Origin: Myxococcota bacterium
Lineage (GTDB): Bacteria; Myxococcota_C; UBA6777
Direction of reading: 5' to 3'
Assembly: GCA_023150835.1 (NCBI GenBank)
Contig: JAKLKB010000063.1
Location: forward strand, 1-54,762
Length of the DNA: 54,762 bases
Below, piece after piece: positions 28,304 through 37,597 of this stretch (position 1 is the first letter of the stretch; every line of letters starts with the position of its first letter). The notes under the pieces are model-generated. The model searched no databases and had not been told where the DNA came from. It was given only the letters and a program-made list of their open reading frames with translations. Made by a program: the position numbers and the translations under genes.

Positions 28304-30220
28304 TTAATGTACTTTGCGCATCAACGCAAGGAGATCCGTGGGCGACACAAAGCCGATGATCAGCGGCTTTGAAAGAAGCTGCCCATTGCTATCGACAAAA
28401 CGCACCCACGGCAAGCCGCTAATGCCGTATTTTTTCTCCAGACGTTCACTTTCGGCGTGGCTTGCGGTCTGCTCCAATTTCAACATCACAAAACGCCGAC
28501 TTTCTTTGACCACCTCGACTTGCGCGAAGCTGATCTTTTCGAGGCGTTTGCATGCCTCACACCATTCTGCCCAAAAATCAAGGATTATCGGTCGTTTTAG
28601 ACGTTTTGCACAGGCGATCCCTTGGGGTTCAGATGTGAGCCAAAAAGGCTTGTGCTGTGGATAATCGGGCGGAGGAAGACAAGCCGCCAGCGCAGGATCG
28701 GTCGGCGCATTGGAAGTCTGCGCGGCGCGGGTCACGGGCAACGAAGAGGCGGATCGAGCCGGGCCTGTCAACGAAGAGGCGTCCGTTGCAACGACGTTCG
28801 TCGAAGCCATCTTACTCGGGGTCGGTGGTATGGGCAAAAAATAGCCCTTGTGTAACCAGATCTGCACAAACAACACGCTGCCCACAAGCAAGTTCAAGAC
28901 GCCAAACACCTGCTTGCTGCGCACCCACCATCCGTCTTCTTCATGGTACGGGCGCAACGCCCCCGCAAAGATCCCCACACAGATCAAGACTCCACCCAAG
29001 ATCAACGAATACAGCGCAGGGTCCGAAGAAAAAAGCCCTCGACCATACAAAAACGCAGCCCCCAAAAACACCACACCAAACACCTTTTTGACTTCGGTCA
29101 TCCACGTCCCGCTGCGCGGAAGCGCCGCAACAAAGCCCGTCCCCAATAACAGAAAAGGCACCCCGATCCCAAAAGCCATCACCGTCGGCAAGACGACCCC
29201 CCAAAACACGCTGCCCGTCTGCGCAACAAACGCCAACAGGCCGATCATCGCAGGGCCAGAACACGGCGTAGACAGCACGATCCCGATCATGCCCAACACA
29301 AAAACCCCGAGATATCCGCGCCCTTGGATCATCGACAACCGCGTCTGTATCCCCGTAGGAAGGGCCAGATCAAACATCCCAAACATACTCAACGCCATCA
29401 ACAAAAACAGCAGCGTCAAAAACACCACAAAGAAGGTGCTTTGCATCAACGCCCCCATCATAAACGGCTGCTTGCCGATCAGGGCGACCACAGCCCCCAA
29501 GATCGCCGCAGGAAGGGCCATTCCGAGGACGTACATCAGCGAAAGCAAAAAGGCATGACCGCGTTCTCCTTCTTTCTTCGCGCTGCTCGCCCCGATCACG
29601 GCGATGGTGATCGGGATCATCGGATACACGCAGGGCGTCAAACTAATCAAAAATCCCGCACCAAAGATCAACAACAACGCCAACAGTGGGCCTTTGTTCC
29701 AAAATTCATCCCGAAATTGCTGCGCGATCATGCCCGTCACTTCGTTCTTTTTGTCTGCTGCGTCGGAAACGCTTGGGGCTTTTTTCACAACACCCGTCCG
29801 CACTCCCGAAACCGCCCGAGGCAAGGGCTTTTCGGACGTAACGATCCCTTTCCTCGGTGTGTTTGTCGAAGGGCGTCCACCGTCCTGCTGTTTTGTCGCT
29901 GTTGGCCGTCCGTCGGCCTGCTGTTTTGTCGCTGTTGGCGTCTCTTGGGTTGGAGCTTTTGTCGCCTCTTGCGCTGGTTTTTTTACGACCTCTTGTGCGA
30001 GGGGTTTTGCCGCCTGCGTGGTTGGAGCGCCCACCGCAGGTCGCAACGGAGCAACAGGCCGAGAAGAAGGCGGGTCTGCAAAGACCCACGCCCCGCTCCC
30101 GATCCTCCACAGAGCGATCATCCCAAGCACACCAAACGCCACTCCTCGCATCAGGCTTTTCATCGAAAAAATGCTCCTTCTTGTGTTCTTGTTGCGTCTT
30201 TGTCGTCTTGTCCCCCACAA
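28304..30220 (-). CDS. dsbD: Thiol:disulfide interchange protein, DsbD family (TM domain + thioredoxin)
   Basis: SLTPCVYPMIP, STPCSGP, LPRSGTWM and DFWAEWCEACK motifs. The start is uncertain. Confidence 0.88.
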   Translation of the reverse strand: MWGTRRQRRNKNTRRSIFSMKSLMRGVAFGVLGMIALWRIGSGAWVFADPPSSRPVAPLRPAVGAPTTQAAKPLAQEVVKKPAQEATKAPTQETPTATKQQADGRPTATKQQDGGRPSTNTPRKGIVTSEKPLPRAVSGVRTGVVKKAPSVSDAADKKNEVTGMIAQQFRDEFWNKGPLLALLLIFGAGFLISLTPCVYPMIPITIAVIGASSAKKEGERGHAFLLSLMYVLGMALPAAILGAVVALIGKQPFMMGALMQSTFFVVFLTLLFLLMALSMFGMFDLALPTGIQTRLSMIQGRGYLGVFVLGMIGIVLSTPCSGPAMIGLLAFVAQTGSVFWGVVLPTVMAFGIGVPFLLLGTGFVAALPRSGTWMTEVKKVFGVVFLGAAFLYGRGLFSSDPALYSLILGGVLICVGIFAGALRPYHEEDGWWVRSKQVFGVLNLLVGSVLFVQIWLHKGYFLPIPPTPSKMASTNVVATDASSLTGPARSASSLPVTRAAQTSNAPTDPALAACLPPPDYPQHKPFWLTSEPQGIACAKRLKRPIILDFWAEWCEACKRLEKISFAQVEVVKESRRFVMLKLEQTASHAESERLEKKYGISGLPWVRFVDSNGQLLSKPLIIGFVSPTDLLALMRKVH

Positions 30221-30341
30221 CGCTCAAAACCATTTCGACGCCGTTTTATGCCCCTTCAAAGCTGGGGCAAAAAACCCCGTGTTCGCGCAACTCCAAGCGG
30301 AGCGGCTGTGGGTCTGAAAAACACCTGTTTGCTCGGCCAAT

Positions 30342-30381
30342 ACGGAGTCAAGGGGGCAAGACCCCTTGTGGGGGCCCCACA
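30342..30381. repeat. GC-rich palindromic repeat of a second family
   Basis: GGAGTCAAGGGGGCAAGACCCCTTGTGGGGGCCCCAC; a related inverted copy lies at 31621-31672. Confidence 0.5.
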
Positions 30382-30416
30382 ACACCATTCAACCGCGTAA
30401 GTTGTATGCCCCTCGG

Positions 30417-31580
30417 CTACAGCCGATCTCCCGCAGCATCCATCGAAAGCAAGCGAGTGGGCGTGCGAGCAGGAGGGAAACAAACAGTGCTTCGTTTGTT
30501 TGCGTGACAAGAGGCCACCGCAGCATCGGCGCGTGGCGGTTTTTTGGATGCGAGCCGTAGCTTTTGAGATCGCAGTTGCTTTTGCGATCGCGGATGCAAG
30601 GTCATCGGCGCATAACGATCATCGCGGGAAGTTCGGCTTACTCCGCTGCGAGACTTTAAGATCCCAGAATACATCAAGCCCGCCACCGCAAGCGCTGCTC
30701 CACCCGCGATCAACAAAGAAAAGGCGGTGGTTCGGTTGGACTGTGCGTTGAGATGTTCGCTGTAAGCGTCCACCTGCGTTCGCTTGCGATCGTTGGCGGC
30801 ATCCAAACTCCCTTGGGACAAACCAAAGAAGACTCCGCCTGCGATCCCACAAGCCGCTGCGATCGCCAACGGAACCCAAGGGATCGGGCGCGGCGTCTTT
30901 GTTTTTTTGGCGGGTTGGGTTGTGGCGGTCATTTTGTTCTGTGTCGTTGGTTGCGAAACAGGCGGTGGCAAGGCCCGATTTGGTGGAGCGTCTGGACTCC
31001 CTTCGGGAGGCGTTTTCAGCGCGTGTTGTGACGCTCCCGCCCCGAACGTTGGGGACGACGTAGGCTCTTGCGATCTGTCTCGGAGATGTGGGGGGTTGGG
31101 CGATGTCGTGGGCGCGGAGGTCGGTGCAGTGCGCACAGAAGGTAAGTCTGTTGCTCCTCTCCTTGCTGCGGGGATATCGCGTGCGGGATCGGGCTGTCTT
31201 GCGGTGGGAGGTGCGCGTAGGGTGGGAGGCAACAAGACGCCGCGCACCAACGGCGGTGGTGTTGGGCCAAGTGTCGGCGGAGAAGGAGTGGTCTGCGCGA
31301 TCAACTCAACGTCCAAAAAGACAGGCTTTCCCGACTCGGCACGCAAACTACGGGCCTCTTCATAAAATCCCGCTCGCTGGATCACCAAGCGATACACCCC
31401 CGCTGCGATCTTTCCCACAAAGGGCGTTTTCCCTTCCAACACGCGCTTGCCTTGCCCATCCAAAAGCTGAAACGACGCTCCTTCGGGCTTTGTCCCCAAT
31501 GCCAACGGAACATCCGCCCTCGCCCGCGCCTCCCAAACTCCGCCACAAAACACAAGCATGATCCAAAAAGCCCATCGCAC
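30417..31580 (-). CDS. Secreted PEGA-domain protein with Pro-rich linker and C-terminal hydrophobic hairpin
   Basis: GTG at 31580 with AGGAG upstream; signal peptide (ARA); TKPEGAS...GKTP...G.Y.L.I...GF PEGA; two Gly/Ala-rich hydrophobic segments. Confidence 0.75.
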   Translation of the reverse strand: MRWAFWIMLVFCGGVWEARARADVPLALGTKPEGASFQLLDGQGKRVLEGKTPFVGKIAAGVYRLVIQRAGFYEEARSLRAESGKPVFLDVELIAQTTPSPPTLGPTPPPLVRGVLLPPTLRAPPTARQPDPARDIPAARRGATDLPSVRTAPTSAPTTSPNPPHLRDRSQEPTSSPTFGAGASQHALKTPPEGSPDAPPNRALPPPVSQPTTQNKMTATTQPAKKTKTPRPIPWVPLAIAAACGIAGGVFFGLSQGSLDAANDRKRTQVDAYSEHLNAQSNRTTAFSLLIAGGAALAVAGLMYSGILKSRSGVSRTSRDDRYAPMTLHPRSQKQLRSQKLRLASKKPPRADAAVASCHANKRSTVCFPPARTPTRLLSMDAAGDRL

Positions 31581-31620
31581 CGTATCTTTCTCCTGATAGA
31601 AACGACGCCTCTCGATCGAT

Positions 31621-31672
31621 GTGCGGGGCTTTGCCCCACACCCCGCCATAGAGCGCGACTCCCTTGACCCCG
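31621..31672. repeat. GC-rich palindromic repeat of the second family (inverted copy)
   Basis: Minus strand reads CGGGGTCAAGGGAG...GGCGGGGTGTGGGGCAAAGCCCCGCAC. Confidence 0.5.
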
Positions 31673-31776
31673 TTTTGGCGAAGTGATCATCCTTTTTCAA
31701 ACAAACGGCTCTGTCGCTTGATGTCACACAAACACGGGGTTTTTTGGCCACTGCGTCACTCCTCCCCTGACTTCTT

Positions 31777-32184
31777 TCACACATCGCTCGCCCCCTCTGG
31801 TGTGGTTTCTTTCACGCGCTCCGTTTCAGGTGCCGCTTCTGCTGCATCCGTAGGCTCGGCAGTTTCGGGCTTTGGTTCGTTTCCTTCGGTCGGTTCGGTC
31901 ATTTCGGGCTTTGGTTCGTTTCCTTCGGTCGGTTCGGTCATTTCGGGCTTTGGTTCACTTCCTTCGGTCGGCTCGCCTGCGTCGGAGCCTTCTCCTGCGT
32001 TGGGAGTTTCTTCGCTAGGCACCGAGAGTTCGCAGACATTCGCCACACAGGCGTACCCTTGCAAACAATCTGCGTTGCTGGAGCAACGGTAGCCACGCGG
32101 ATCGAACGGTGGAACATCGCACGCAAGAGAAAGCAAGCCCCACCCCAACAAAACAAACATCACCCACAACCCTGTTTTCCACAT
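31777..32184 (-). CDS. Small lipoprotein with a Cys-rich module and acidic 13-aa repeats
   Basis: Lipobox LSLAC; CSSNADCLQGYACVANVC; EPTEG(N/S)EPKPE(M/T) x3. Confidence 0.7.
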   Translation of the reverse strand: MWKTGLWVMFVLLGWGLLSLACDVPPFDPRGYRCSSNADCLQGYACVANVCELSVPSEETPNAGEGSDAGEPTEGSEPKPEMTEPTEGNEPKPEMTEPTEGNEPKPETAEPTDAAEAAPETERVKETTPEGASDV

Positions 32185-32278
32185 CAACGCGCTGCCGTCT
32201 TTCTTTTCGTTGGCACTCGCGCCACATCCGTTTGTTCGCACCAAGCGAGCCAACGCAGAACCACCACCCAACAAAAGA

Positions 32279-34066
32279 TTAGCGGCACTCTTGCGGCTTC
32301 GAGATCGTTAAGGGAAAGCACTTTCCTACATCAAAGCGGCAAGCGTCAACCCAGCTTCCATTTTTTCCGCAATCAGGGATGCCATCGACAAAGCCTTGGT
32401 CAAACAAAGGTGTTGTGCAACCCTTACAAGATCCGACTTGGGTGTAGCGTTTTTGTTGCGTGTTGTCGCAGTTGTAATCAAAGCTCCCATCCCCCCGATG
32501 CACCGAGAAAAACCCTGTTTGCCCGGGGAAAACATCTTTGTTTTTGTCGTAGCAGTCTTGGTTGTTTGTTGCGTAGCCTGCGGGTTTTGTGCATGCCTTG
32601 AGTGGTTTGGCGGGATCACCGTACCCATCGCCGTCGGTGTCTGCATAGTAGGTAAAGCCCGATGCGCCGTTGTCGATCTGACCGTCGCAGTCGTCATCCA
32701 CGCCGTTGCAGATCTCTTGACGCGGAGGTTCGAGCGGCTCGCAGGTTTCCTTTCCGGCTTTGCAGACATAAGCACCGCGATCACAGATCCCCGGCTTTCC
32801 TGTGTTGCAGAAGCGCCCCATATTCGGGGAGTTTTCGTCGATCAAACCATCGCAGTCATTGTCGATGCCATCGCAGATCTCGGCTTGTGGCAAGACTTGC
32901 CCTTGACAAGGCCCCCATGTTCCGTTGCCTTGACAAGTGCGCGTCCCCTCTTTGCAAGGGGCTCGGCCTTGTGTACCTGCGGGGCCGCTGTAGCAAGGTT
33001 GCGTCGTTCCCGCTTTGCAGGCCGTACAGTTCTCATCGACTAATCCATCGCAGTTGTTGTCTTTTCCATCACAACCTGCCTCTGCTCCGGCTTGATAATC
33101 GACCGAGTGTTTGACATACGTCGCATCATCACACGAAAGCCATCCCTTGGCTCCACCGCAAAGCTGTGTTGCCCCTGCGCAGATCCCTGTCTGTTTCGGA
33201 CACAACGGCCCACGTATATCGTTATCGACCAATCCATCGCAGTTGTCGTCGATGCCATTGCATTGTTCGAGGGTTGGCTTGACAAAGCCTGCGCAAGCCC
33301 CCCATCGACCGTTCGCTTGGCAGATCTGCGCTCCGACTTTGCACGAGCCTTTGCAAGAATACGCGGTGGTTGCGATCTTTTCGCATCCTGAGGTGTTTGT
33401 GGGATAACATTGCTGCTGCTCCCCTTGGCGGCACTCAAAACAATTGTCGTCGATCTGCCCGTTGCAGTCGTTGTCTTCGCCATCGCATCGCTCTTCTTTG
33501 GGCAAGACTTCTCCAACGCAGTTCCCCCACGTCTTGTCGGATCGGCAGGTCTGTACGCCATCTCGACACAACCCACGCAGCCTTGTTCCTTGCGGGCCGT
33601 TATAACAGCTTCGCGTCTCACCCGCTTTACAAACACCGCAACCATCGTCCACAAGACCGTTGCAATCGTCGTCATAACCATTCGCACAGATCTCTTTTTC
33701 GGGCAGGATCTCTCCAACGCATTCGCCCCACACACCGCGCACACACAGCTGCTCACCAAGCTGACAGATCCCCACGCCTTTGGTGGTCGCGGGGCCAGAA
33801 TAACACGAGCGGCGTTGTCCTGTTTCGCAAGTTCCCGTTGTACCGTCGCCGCCACCGCCATCGGAGATATCTCCGTCGACGGAGCTTTTTTCGATGTGGC
33901 TTCCTTCTACGCCACTGCGCAAGACGCAGCGTCCCCCCACGCAGGTGTAATCAACACTAAAACAATCCAAATCCTTGTGACAATCGGGCTTTTGAAAGAG
34001 GCCACAGCCCATTCCCCACCACAAACCGCCCAACAAACAAAGGCCCCAAACCTTCTTGATCCACAT
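32279..34066 (-). CDS. Cys-rich lipoprotein with myxobacterial MopE-like repeats (E.C.G.D.DC.G.ID)
   Basis: Lipobox GMGC; about 6 repeats of EICNGxDDDCDGxID; YADTDGDGYGDP; about 60 Cys. Confidence 0.85.
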   Translation of the reverse strand: MWIKKVWGLCLLGGLWWGMGCGLFQKPDCHKDLDCFSVDYTCVGGRCVLRSGVEGSHIEKSSVDGDISDGGGGDGTTGTCETGQRRSCYSGPATTKGVGICQLGEQLCVRGVWGECVGEILPEKEICANGYDDDCNGLVDDGCGVCKAGETRSCYNGPQGTRLRGLCRDGVQTCRSDKTWGNCVGEVLPKEERCDGEDNDCNGQIDDNCFECRQGEQQQCYPTNTSGCEKIATTAYSCKGSCKVGAQICQANGRWGACAGFVKPTLEQCNGIDDNCDGLVDNDIRGPLCPKQTGICAGATQLCGGAKGWLSCDDATYVKHSVDYQAGAEAGCDGKDNNCDGLVDENCTACKAGTTQPCYSGPAGTQGRAPCKEGTRTCQGNGTWGPCQGQVLPQAEICDGIDNDCDGLIDENSPNMGRFCNTGKPGICDRGAYVCKAGKETCEPLEPPRQEICNGVDDDCDGQIDNGASGFTYYADTDGDGYGDPAKPLKACTKPAGYATNNQDCYDKNKDVFPGQTGFFSVHRGDGSFDYNCDNTQQKRYTQVGSCKGCTTPLFDQGFVDGIPDCGKNGSWVDACRFDVGKCFPLTISKPQECR

Positions 34067-34330
34067 GACGAGCTCCTGCGTGTGCTACAAGCAAGCTACC
34101 TTGTAGTCTCTCTGCGCTCTCTTGCCAAGACACGCCCCCAAAGACCCCAAGACCCCGCGCCGTAGTCTCGTCTTCAATTGAAGTCTAACGACATACCTGT
34201 ACTTTTTGGATCGTGATCTCTTTGCACATCCCGCCGTCAAATCGACACAGATCCAACCACGCTCCAGCCGTTCCACAGATCGGAATCGCGCCGAGTCTGA
34301 TAGAAAACAAAAGGTCGACAGGGGGGATCG

Positions 34331-34379
34331 CGAAGAAGAGAGAGCGAAGGAGAGAGAGCGAAGAAGAGAGAGCGAAGAA
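34331..34379. repeat. Purine-rich ~14-bp tandem repeat
   Basis: CGAAGAAGAGAGAG-like unit x3 just after the stop codon at 34390. Confidence 0.6.
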
Positions 34380-34389
34380 CGGAGGATGC

Positions 34390-34797
34390 TCAATCGCGGA
34401 GGATGCGGAAGCTGTAAGTTTTTTGGGGGGAAGGTTTATCAAGCAAGACATCACGCGGCTCGACAACGATGTTGTTTTCGGAGTCATCGACGCGGATGTA
34501 GTAATGGATGACTTGCCCTGCGATCTGCCCGGGGATAGCGCCTTGGTAGACTTGTGGACTGATCTGTTTCATCTCGACGGACTTGCTGGTTTGCCAAGCA
34601 TCTGTCGAGTAGAGCAGATTGATCTTAAAGGGTTGATAATCGCCCAAGATCACAGCCTTGACTTCATAAGGGCCCTTGGCATCGGTGGTATTGAGAACCG
34701 TAGACGACTCAAGGATCTCGGTGGCGCGTTGGCCGCAGCCGACGGAAACTAAGGCCAGAAACAAACTGAAGATCCAAGCTTCCCAACGTGTTGTCAT
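34390..34797 (-). CDS. Lipoprotein with an Ig-like beta-sandwich domain
   Basis: AAGGAGG RBS; lipobox SVGC; YQGAIPGQ.AG.VIHYYIRVDD motif. Confidence 0.7.
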   Translation of the reverse strand: MTTRWEAWIFSLFLALVSVGCGQRATEILESSTVLNTTDAKGPYEVKAVILGDYQPFKINLLYSTDAWQTSKSVEMKQISPQVYQGAIPGQIAGQVIHYYIRVDDSENNIVVEPRDVLLDKPSPQKTYSFRILRD

Positions 34798-35060
34798 CGA
34801 AAAGCCTCCTTGTATCCGACACCCTCTCAAAGAGGGAGACAAAAGCAAATCCCACAGATGCGACCCCGCACGAGGCGTCTGTGTTTTGACACAACTTCGG
34901 GTATCGACGAGGAAAGTTGACACCCAATTCAACAAAAAAGAAAAGGGATGGATTTGACTGCACATTTTCTGTGCGCAGCGCTTCGGGTGATCTCGCTGCC
35001 GATCACAAAAAAGTACACGCCCCAACCCCCCCTGTCAAACGCATCTTTGCGCACAGGGGG

Positions 35061-36248
35061 TTATGTGTAGAGCAAGAAAGGCTTTCTTTGTTCGCAAAAG
35101 GCATTCTGTTCGGCCTGCCAACTTTGCTCGATATCACGCAAGGTTGCACCACTTTCGAGGGCTTTACGAATGTTTTCACTGCCAAAGAGCAGATCGATGG
35201 CGAGACGATCGGAGACAAATTCGTAGGTCTCTGTTCGCCATGCAAAGGCTTCGGGAGCGACCGTTTGGGCAGCGCGCAGCACAGCGATCCCCGTCAAGAA
35301 AGGCAAAAAGCTGTTGCGGTCCGTCACATGGATCTGAACACCACCACAAGACTGGCGGCCCCACTTGTGGAAGGTCGGCATAAAGCGCAACGGTCGGAAA
35401 AAGACGCCGGGAAGATCTTCGCGGTTGAGTGCGTCCGCAAAGGCAAAGGGATCGAGGTACGCAGCGCCCACCAGTTCAAAAGGCCGCGTAGTTCCGCGCC
35501 CTTCGGAAAGGTTGGTTCCCTCAAACAAGCATCCTCCCGGGTACACGATGGCGGTATCAAGCGTCGGCATATTGGGCGAAGGCATCACCCAAGGAAGCCC
35601 CGTTTGGTCGTACCACATCGATCGCGACCACCCTTCCATCGGGATCACTTCTAACGCGCAGGAAACGCCGCAGACATCGCGGAAATACAACGCCAACTCT
35701 CCCGCAGTCATGCCATGACGATTGGGCAACGGATGATGCCCCACAAAGGATCGAAGATCATCCTGAATCATCGGGCCTTCGACGCCGATCCCATTGATCG
35801 GATTGGGCCGATCCAAGATCCACACTTCGACACCAACTTGACCTGCGACTTCCATCAGATAGCTCATCGTATAAACATACGTATAATAACGACTTCCGAT
35901 GTCTTGGATATCAAACAACAAGACATCGATCCCTTGCAGCATCGAGGGTTTTGGGCGCAAAGAGGCTTCATCATGGCCGTACAAGCTGTAGATCGGTACG
36001 CCTGTTTCGGGATCGGTGACGCCGCCATCGACGCTGATCATGTCTTGCGCTTCGCCGCGGATCCCATGTTCCGGCCCAAACAGCGCCACAAGCTCCACTC
36101 CTGAGATATCCTTGATCAGCGAAACAAGATGGCGCAGATTAGAATCCACCGCCGTCGGATTACAACAGATCCCGATCCTCCGGCCTTTGAGCCGCCCGAT
36201 CTCTTTTTCCAACAACCGCTCCAGCCCCGTCTTGACTTTGACTTTCAA
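35061..36248 (-). CDS. namZ: Exo-beta-N-acetylmuramidase NamZ (DUF1343) family
   Basis: LFGPEHGIRG, FDIQDIGSRYYTY, LDRPNP, RHGMTAGELA, PSPNMP and SEGRGTTRPFE motifs. Confidence 0.92.
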   Translation of the reverse strand: MKVKVKTGLERLLEKEIGRLKGRRIGICCNPTAVDSNLRHLVSLIKDISGVELVALFGPEHGIRGEAQDMISVDGGVTDPETGVPIYSLYGHDEASLRPKPSMLQGIDVLLFDIQDIGSRYYTYVYTMSYLMEVAGQVGVEVWILDRPNPINGIGVEGPMIQDDLRSFVGHHPLPNRHGMTAGELALYFRDVCGVSCALEVIPMEGWSRSMWYDQTGLPWVMPSPNMPTLDTAIVYPGGCLFEGTNLSEGRGTTRPFELVGAAYLDPFAFADALNREDLPGVFFRPLRFMPTFHKWGRQSCGGVQIHVTDRNSFLPFLTGIAVLRAAQTVAPEAFAWRTETYEFVSDRLAIDLLFGSENIRKALESGATLRDIEQSWQAEQNAFCEQRKPFLLYT

Positions 36249-36252
36249 TGCA

Positions 36253-37125
36253 TCACTCCTCTACCCGTTTGATATCTCCGACGATTCCGTGTTTTTGGGC
36301 GTAGGGTTGCAGAACGTCCAACACCTGCGGATGCAATGTCGGTCCCGCAGCAACGACATGGCCGGCCAACAACCCGCAAGGTCCGCCATCATAACCCGTG
36401 ATCCGCCCACCCGCTTCTTGCACCAACAAGAGGCCACCCGCAAGATCCCACGGCTGAAGCTTTTCTTCCCAATAAGCATCCAAACGACCACAAGCGACGT
36501 ACGCAAGATCCACCGAGGCGGCTCCCATCCGCCGAAAGCCCCGAACCAGCTTGATCATACGGGCTGTATTTTCCACGTTGTCTCGTGCGTCGATGTGCTT
36601 GTCGTACGGATATCCCGTCGCCACGACAGCATCGCTGAGCGCGGCACAGTCCGAAACGCGCACCGCGATCCCATTGCGCGTCGTTCCCATGCCCACGCCC
36701 GCACAAAACATCTCATCCATGATCGGGAGATAGACCACCCCCACTTGCGGCACACCATCGTGGAGCAAGCCGATGGAAACGGCATAAATCGGCAGATGAT
36801 GTGCATAATTGACCGTCCCATCGAGCGGATCGATCACCCACAACAGCCCTTTTTGATGGAGGTCATTGGTGCTTCCCGTCCCTTCTTCCCCTAGGATGCG
36901 GTGCGTTGGATAGGATCGACGGATCTCTTGCACCAACAACGCTTCGCTTGCACGATCCGCATCCGTCACCAGATCGCTGCGTGTCGACTTGCGATCGATC
37001 GTCCGCATCGCCTCCATGCGTTCCAACAACAACGCTCCGCTCGTCCTCGCCAAATAACACGCAAAATCCATCCACTCTTTCAAGGCCATCGTCTTGCCGT
37101 TCAAAAAATCTCGACTCTGCATCAC
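36253..37125 (-). CDS. suhB: Inositol monophosphatase family protein
   Basis: DLVTDAD, ILGEE, WVIDPLDGTVNY, RRMGAASVDL and WDLAGG motifs. Confidence 0.9.
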   Translation of the reverse strand: MMQSRDFLNGKTMALKEWMDFACYLARTSGALLLERMEAMRTIDRKSTRSDLVTDADRASEALLVQEIRRSYPTHRILGEEGTGSTNDLHQKGLLWVIDPLDGTVNYAHHLPIYAVSIGLLHDGVPQVGVVYLPIMDEMFCAGVGMGTTRNGIAVRVSDCAALSDAVVATGYPYDKHIDARDNVENTARMIKLVRGFRRMGAASVDLAYVACGRLDAYWEEKLQPWDLAGGLLLVQEAGGRITGYDGGPCGLLAGHVVAAGPTLHPQVLDVLQPYAQKHGIVGDIKRVEE

Positions 37126-37232
37126 GCCTCACTTTGGCGGGCAGCATACGCAAGCCCACATACGCCGTCAACCCATTCTCCTCCCGATCCACCATCCCAT
37201 CGACGCATCCACCCATCCCATCGATGTATGTA

Positions 37233-37335
37233 TACGATATCCAAGCGATGTGTACGTACGCAGACACCCTGTAATAGGGCAGCCACGGCGGGCTGCCCCT
37301 ACATTCGTACGATCAGACAACGGGCGGATCTCGTA
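37233..37335 (+). repeat. MITE-like element with REP hairpin
   Basis: TACGATATCC...GGGCAGCCACGGCGGGCTGCCCCTAC...CGGATCTCGTA. Confidence 0.85.
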
Positions 37336-37597
37336 CCACACTCGATCAACTGATCCGCCCATCCCATCGCCCAAGTCGCCAACGCTGCATCTTCCCCCTA
37401 CGCCTGCGGCGATCTTGCGACATTTGGCGCAAGATCGCTACACACACACCTTTTCATCAAGATGCCACGTCATCGGTTTGTCCCGTCACATCGACACATT
37501 GCAATACAACACCACGCGGCCTATTTATTGCTGACTGCCGCACCCAAATGCTGCAACACGCGACTCGTTCTCCACTACACCGAACCAAGAGGCTGTC

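Noticed and set aside
31581-31784. N-terminal extension of the PEGA gene
   Set aside because: It runs through a palindromic repeat; the RBS and signal peptide support GTG at 31580.
34800-35060. Hairpin-rich leader as a riboswitch
   Set aside because: Stems are visible, but I could not match any known riboswitch consensus; an Infernal/Rfam scan would decide.
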